IMG/VR virus record: IMGVR_UViG_3300046779_001269
Location: 112,025-176,024 of that record
Source of the DNA: a virus
Length of the DNA stretch: 64,000 bases
Reading direction: 5' to 3' (one strand)
Both the position numbers and the translations under genes were made by a program. The notes beneath the pieces are model-generated. The model was not told the DNA's origin and made no database searches. It saw only the letters and a list, made by a program, of their open reading frames with translations. Below are positions 60,059 through 64,000 of this stretch, one piece after another (the stretch's first letter is position 1; each line of letters begins with the position of its first letter).

Positions 60059-60883
60059 TCCGCTCCATGATAATAACGGGTTTCGGTAATCCATTCCATA
60101 CGGTCGGAATAATGAACTCGTTGTTTTGCAATGAAATTATCGGCCTTTTCTTCGGTTTCAAAACAACCCATATCTGATACTTCATCAGGACAATTTGGAT
60201 CGACCATTGTCACATAATATACAACCTTAGATTTCATGCCAATTCCTGTTTTGCATTAATCAAACCATTCAAAAATTCTACCTGCTTCTTTTTTGGTAGT
60301 TCACCTACAATATACACCAATTGTGATAGTAGGTACTCACCAGCATCATCCGAGGATTTTGTTACCTCAATGAAATGCTGGACTTCTACCTCAATGGTAT
60401 CAACGGAAAACTTACCTCGCTTCACAATTCTTCCATTTCCTCGTCTGTTACCTCGACCAACTCAGCCTGAAAACCCAATTGGTTGATAAAGAATACCAAA
60501 TCCTTGGGTGTGATACGGTGCGAATCGTACCAAAGGGTACCATCCTGGTCAACAACACGAATATAATCACCACAACCCAATGAATTGTGAACAACTTTTA
60601 ATTCTAATTTTGCCATTATTTTTTTAACTCCAAATAAGTTTCGACTGTAAATGCTGACAATATCATTATATTCAATATAACATAACCTGTTATAATCACA
60701 TAAAATAGAATCATTGCTTTACCTCAATTTCATCCAAAGCGTCATAGATGCAAGTATCAGCGAATGATAACAAACGCTCTACCTCATCCAAACCGTTCTT
60801 GCCGGCATAATCGTATACCTCAGCCAATATCATCTGAGCATATTCCAACTTTTGCACCAATTTATCTTTGGTAATCTTATCCA

Positions 60884-61144
60884 TTAAAATGCACCTTCCA
60901 AATCTTCAATGCGTTCCTTGATATCTGCAATTTCATCCGCATCCAACTCAGGATCCAAACGGTCTAAGTCATACTGCAAATCCTCAATTTGAGAAGAAAC
61001 CACATCGTTGCAAATCTCACGATATGCGATAGGATCTAACCTCTTGACAATTTCCGAGCGTGAAAATGTCAGGTTACCAATAACCACATCACCTTCGCTG
61101 TCCAACAAATCGTCAACCATTTCCGTAATATCTGAATACTGCAT
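60884..61144 (-). CDS. very acidic small early protein
   Basis: SD GAGG; SEIVKRLDPIAY; D/E-rich. Confidence 0.65.
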   Translation of the reverse strand: MQYSDITEMVDDLLDSEGDVVIGNLTFSRSEIVKRLDPIAYREICNDVVSSQIEDLQYDLDRLDPELDADEIADIKERIEDLEGAF

Positions 61145-61171
61145 TTTTTTACCTCATCAAATTATGGATCA

Positions 61172-61220
61172 ATTATACCAGATTTACCTCGAAAGGCAAC
61201 CTGAATACTTTAGTAATCCA
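61172..61220 (-). promoter_or_regulatory. 16-bp-spacer early promoter with palindrome
   Basis: TGGATTACTAAAGTATTCAGG-TTGCCT-16-TATAAT. Confidence 0.7.
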
Positions 61221-61268
61221 TTACCTCGCTGGATTACTGAAGTACTCACCTGAGTACCTACTAACTAA

Positions 61269-61469
61269 TCAGAATAAATCCATCTGACCGTTGAAAACCA
61301 AAGTATCAAATTCATCATCAATACCACGAACCAAATCATTCACATCCTGAATACCGTAACCTAAAAGTTCTCGCTTCAACGCAACAACCAAAGGATCTGC
61401 ATGGCCAAACGCATGTAAACTTTCCTCGTATTCCTGCAAAGTAATACTAATTTCTGACATTTTCGACAT
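61269..61469 (-). CDS. hypothetical protein
   Basis: MSKMSEI; SD GGAGG. Confidence 0.6.
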   Translation of the reverse strand: MSKMSEISITLQEYEESLHAFGHADPLVVALKRELLGYGIQDVNDLVRGIDDEFDTLVFNGQMDLF

Positions 61470-61681
61470 TATACAACCTCCGTATTAATAATCTTGCCTG
61501 TTTTAACCGAATAGTATACATTTTCCAGTTTAGGGTAAACTGCACGAATTTGCATTACATCCGCATGGGTTTTGTAACGCTTTCGTGTGTATGTAATACA
61601 ATCCTTCTCATTTTTGAAATAACCAGTATACTCAATACTTACACCGTCAAAAATTAATTCAAATTGTTTCATTTGCTGCAT
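61469..61681 (-). CDS. hypothetical protein
   Basis: follows promoter at 61696. Confidence 0.55.
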   Translation of the reverse strand: MQQMKQFELIFDGVSIEYTGYFKNEKDCITYTRKRYKTHADVMQIRAVYPKLENVYYSVKTGKIINTEVV

Positions 61682-61695
61682 CCGTTAAAAATTAC

Positions 61696-61723
61696 ATTAT
61701 ACACAAAAACCGAATAATGGCAA
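61696..61723 (-). promoter_or_regulatory. promoter TTGCCA-16-TATAAT
   Basis: -35 at 61723-61718, -10 at 61701-61696. Confidence 0.7.
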
Positions 61724-61811
61724 TATAAGTCAATAGTATTCACAATATACACTGGAGAACTAAAGTTTACATTTCCAATATTAACCGTTTTTGTCGTTGT
61801 CATGCGTTAAG

Positions 61812-61860
61812 ATTATACACGGAAACCAGATTTTGGCAATATAATACCATAGTATTCCAT
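61812..61860 (-). promoter_or_regulatory. promoter TTGCCA-16-TATAAT with GAATACTATGGTATT palindrome
   Basis: -35 at 61839-61834, -10 at 61817-61812. Confidence 0.65.
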
Positions 61861-61881
61861 TGGTTTAATGGGTTATTATGC

Positions 61882-61949
61882 TGTGGATAACTTGTGGATA
61901 ACTCTAAAATTGTGAATAACTTTTATGCCTGTGGGTATGCTGTGGATAA
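61882..61949 (-). promoter_or_regulatory. cluster of co-oriented DnaA boxes
   Basis: plus-strand TGTGGATAA at 61882, 61893, 61941; TGTGAATAA at 61911; degenerate TGTGGGTAT at 61930 (reverse complement of TTATNCACA). Confidence 0.75.
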
Positions 61950-62195
61950 CTCGCACCATTGGTCGCAAAATAGGTGTAATGCTTTGGTATTAGTCCAACT
62001 TAGTCTCTGGGTCAGATGCCGGATTAATTCCAAAGTACACAAAAACCACGCAGGTTGAAAACAAAATGACTCTCAATGGTTCACGCCGAGAAACAAAAGT
62101 ACTCAGCCAGTGATTGATCCTGCAAACGGAAGTATTACTCCGATAAGTGTTAACCAGGGTCCGTGTGCACCCCAGTCCTGCTTTCGAATGGGTCA

Positions 62196-62293
62196 ATTAT
62201 ACACAAGCCCCAGTCCATGGCAAGCCAATAGTTGACCGGATTGGTTGTAATGAAAAAGTTTACAGTTGCCAAAACCTGCCGGTGTGTTATACT
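62196..62293. promoter_or_regulatory. back-to-back divergent 16-bp-spacer promoters
   Basis: minus: TTGCCA 62223-62218 with TATAAT 62201-62196; plus: TTGCCA 62266-62271 with TATACT 62288-62293. Confidence 0.7.
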
Positions 62294-62324
62294 ATATCCC
62301 ATGTTGAATTTGAAAGGACAAAAA

Positions 62325-62648
62325 ATGTTGAACCAGTTTGCTTCCCTCTCCCTCGCTGACCAAAAAGCAATGCTCGCTTCTCTCCGTGCGGTTCATGCTC
62401 AATCCCGTGCTGATTTTAAGGCCGGCAAGGCATTGCTCAAAGCTGACCGTGCTGCCGCCAAGGCTGCAAAGCAGGCTGCTGCTATCGCTAAGGCACAAGC
62501 CCGGTTGGATAAACTGCTCGCAAAGCAAGCAGCGCCTGTAGGTGTTAAGGCGTTGAAAGCAAACCGTAAACCAGGCAAGGTTGTGACATATGGTGCTGAA
62601 GATAATGCTATTGCTGGTGCCATCATGGCAAAAAAGCGTGGAGTGTAA
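62325..62648 (+). CDS. Ala/Lys-rich basic early protein
   Basis: SD AAAGGA; KADRAAAKAAKQAAAIAKAQARL. Confidence 0.7.
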   Translation: MLNQFASLSLADQKAMLASLRAVHAQSRADFKAGKALLKADRAAAKAAKQAAAIAKAQARLDKLLAKQAAPVGVKALKANRKPGKVVTYGAEDNAIAGAIMAKKRGV

Positions 62649-62649
62649 C

Positions 62650-62826
62650 ATGTTTTTGGTTTATGTAACGGAATACTATACACCGGCAGGTGGTGGTCGG
62701 CCGTATGCATCCGAACGGGTGGTTGCCACCATGCTGACGGAATTGGAGGCAAAATTGAAAGCTGCGGAGTATAACACCAGAGCGGTTTCTGGTCAATATT
62801 ACTCCATCCGTAAGGTGGAAGAATAA
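62650..62826 (+). CDS. hypothetical protein
   Basis: start MFLVYV after GGAG. Confidence 0.55.
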   Translation: MFLVYVTEYYTPAGGGRPYASERVVATMLTELEAKLKAAEYNTRAVSGQYYSIRKVEE

Positions 62827-62863
62827 AGTATTAGGTTGCCATTCCGACCGATTGTGGTATACT
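62825..62863 (+). promoter_or_regulatory. 16-bp-spacer early promoter
   Basis: AAAGTATTAGG-TTGCCA(62836)-16-TATACT(62858). Confidence 0.7.
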
Positions 62864-62946
62864 CCATTCCATAGTCAACAAAGCCAGAGGGATCGGATCC
62901 CCGAGGCGGTCCCTGTAAAATTGGGACCAACTAAAAAGGACATTTT

Positions 62947-63042
62947 ATGTTAGTAAAATTGGAAGCACTGGTTTTTTCTCTGGTGATGGTCGCCGCCGTG
63001 GTGGTGTTGGTGTTGGATGTAACCGTATGGAGAGCAATTTAA
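62947..63042 (+). CDS. 31-aa single-TM peptide
   Basis: not in ORF track; SD AAAGGA; MLVKLEALVFSLVMVAAVVVLVLDVTVWRAI*. Confidence 0.6.
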   Translation: MLVKLEALVFSLVMVAAVVVLVLDVTVWRAI

Positions 63043-63215
63043 TGACGGTAGCAGAATTAATTGCCATTCTCCAGACCATGCCGCAGGACGCACCGGTTGC
63101 GGTCAACGATAACCGCCGTGGTAACTTTTATGATACGGTGGACCAGGTGGACCACTTTGCGGAAGATTTTGCGGATGGTGATCCTGAGGTGGTGGTGCTG
63201 CAGGTTAATACTTGA
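63042..63215 (+). CDS. hypothetical protein
   Basis: MTVAELIAILQTMPQDAPV; TAATG coupling to the upstream peptide. Confidence 0.6.
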   Translation: MTVAELIAILQTMPQDAPVAVNDNRRGNFYDTVDQVDHFAEDFADGDPEVVVLQVNT

Positions 63216-63272
63216 CCGGTTTGCTGTAATACTTTCAGTATAGGTTGCCATTTTCACTGGTTCCTGTAGGAT
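63212..63272 (+). promoter_or_regulatory. 16-bp-spacer promoter with extended module, leaderless ATG at 63280
   Basis: TTGACCGGTTTGCTGTAATACTTTCAGTATAGG-TTGCCA-16-TAGGAT. Confidence 0.6.
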
Positions 63273-63279
63273 CCATTCC

Positions 63280-63540
63280 ATGATGAAAACAACCAAGATA
63301 TTCCTTGCCACCATGGCCATCGGCTTTGGTGCCATATGCACCGTTTCCTACAATGCAAAGGAAGCAACCACGGAATTGGTCGGTGAGCCATATGCCGCTT
63401 CGTTCTCCTATTGTGAGCAATTCACTGGCGTGGGTGGTAACCGCCGATGCCTTAAATATGGCATCGGCCAAGAGCTGCGCCAGGATACAATTAACCGTGG
63501 ACCCTTGTGGGATTATGAGGGCTACAAAATAGTCCGCTAA
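63280..63540 (+). CDS. exported protein with signal peptide
   Basis: MMKTTKIFLATMAIGFGAICT; one mature Cys pair. Confidence 0.55.
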   Translation: MMKTTKIFLATMAIGFGAICTVSYNAKEATTELVGEPYAASFSYCEQFTGVGGNRRCLKYGIGQELRQDTINRGPLWDYEGYKIVR

Positions 63541-63545
63541 GGCAC

Positions 63546-63593
63546 TGGAATACTAAAGTATTAGGTTGCCATTTTCAGGAATTCTGGTATAAT
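63546..63593 (+). promoter_or_regulatory. 16-bp-spacer promoter with perfect palindrome AATACT-AA-AGTATT
   Basis: TGGAATACTAAAGTATTAGG-TTGCCA(63566)-16-TATAAT(63588). Confidence 0.75.
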
Positions 63594-63624
63594 TCATTCC
63601 ATAGTAAATCAAAAAGGAATAGCA

Positions 63625-64000
63625 ATGACAGCAGCGCTCTACAATAAAGTTTCCAAAACCAGCAAGCTTGGTACCCTTTCATGGTCCCTGCAAGCTATTG
63701 AAACCTGTCCAGGCTCGGTTGGTGATGATGGTGAGCTGGTCGCTGCTTGCTCTGGTTGCTACGCTACCACTGGTTGCTACAATTTCCCAGATACAAAAAA
63801 AGTCCGTGCTGACAATAAAAAAGCATGGCAAGAAGCTGACTGGATCCAGGTGATGGTCAAAGCTTTGCAAAATCAAACCCACTTCCGTTGGTTTGATTCT
63901 GGTGACATGTACTCCTTGGCTCTCGCTGAGAAAATGCTTGCTGTTATGGCTGCTACGCCCCATGTAAAGCACTGGTTACCCACACGGATGTATAAATTCC
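63625..64000 (+). CDS. GP88-like Fe-S / radical-SAM-related protein (partial)
   Basis: not in ORF track; KTSKLG..SWSLQAIETCPGS.....AACSGCYA..G.Y...FRWFDSGD...HWLPTR. Confidence 0.7.
   Translation, partial: MTAALYNKVSKTSKLGTLSWSLQAIETCPGSVGDDGELVAACSGCYATTGCYNFPDTKKVRADNKKAWQEADWIQVMVKALQNQTHFRWFDSGDMYSLALAEKMLAVMAATPHVKHWLPTRMYKF

Noticed and set aside
61669-61803. Minus-strand ORF MTTTKTVNIG after the 61812 promoter
   Set aside because: Runs through another promoter and palindromic sites; more likely regulatory DNA, though not excluded.
1-64000. Stop-codon reassignment or introns/inteins
   Set aside because: Core genes are full length and tightly packed under the standard code; no interruptions were evident apart from the gp26/gp51 junction.

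Overview
64 kb of a T4-like myophage genome (AT-rich, standard genetic code), probably infecting a proteobacterium; the tmRNA tag ANDEKFALAA suggests Betaproteobacteria. 1-28 kb is the virion module: tail fibres, a DUF4815 protein, baseplate genes (gp8, 7, 6, 25, 5, hub, 53, 48), gp4, gp2, gp54, gp26/gp51, a GH19-lysozyme hub protein and a tape-measure-like protein. 28-34 kb holds gp32, a nucleotidase, gp59, a Mom/DUF4338-like protein, gp33, SleB, a permuted two-piece tmRNA, an exonuclease and PhoH. 34-64 kb is a dense early region (rIIA/rIIB, AAA+ ATPases, many small ORFs) with a transcriptional divergence near 62.2 kb. Main observations: (1) eight paralogous small genes built from three constant blocks around two hypervariable segments, with DNA-level identity in the constant blocks; (2) a tandem DnaA-box cluster at the divergence; (3) a permuted tmRNA whose intervening segment holds a second tRNA-like T-arm module; (4) a probable -1 frameshift fusing gp26 to gp51; (5) a repeated TTGCCA-16bp-TATAAT promoter class, often with an upstream palindrome; (6) leaderless late and early genes. 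All product calls come from motif recognition and synteny; no database search was run.
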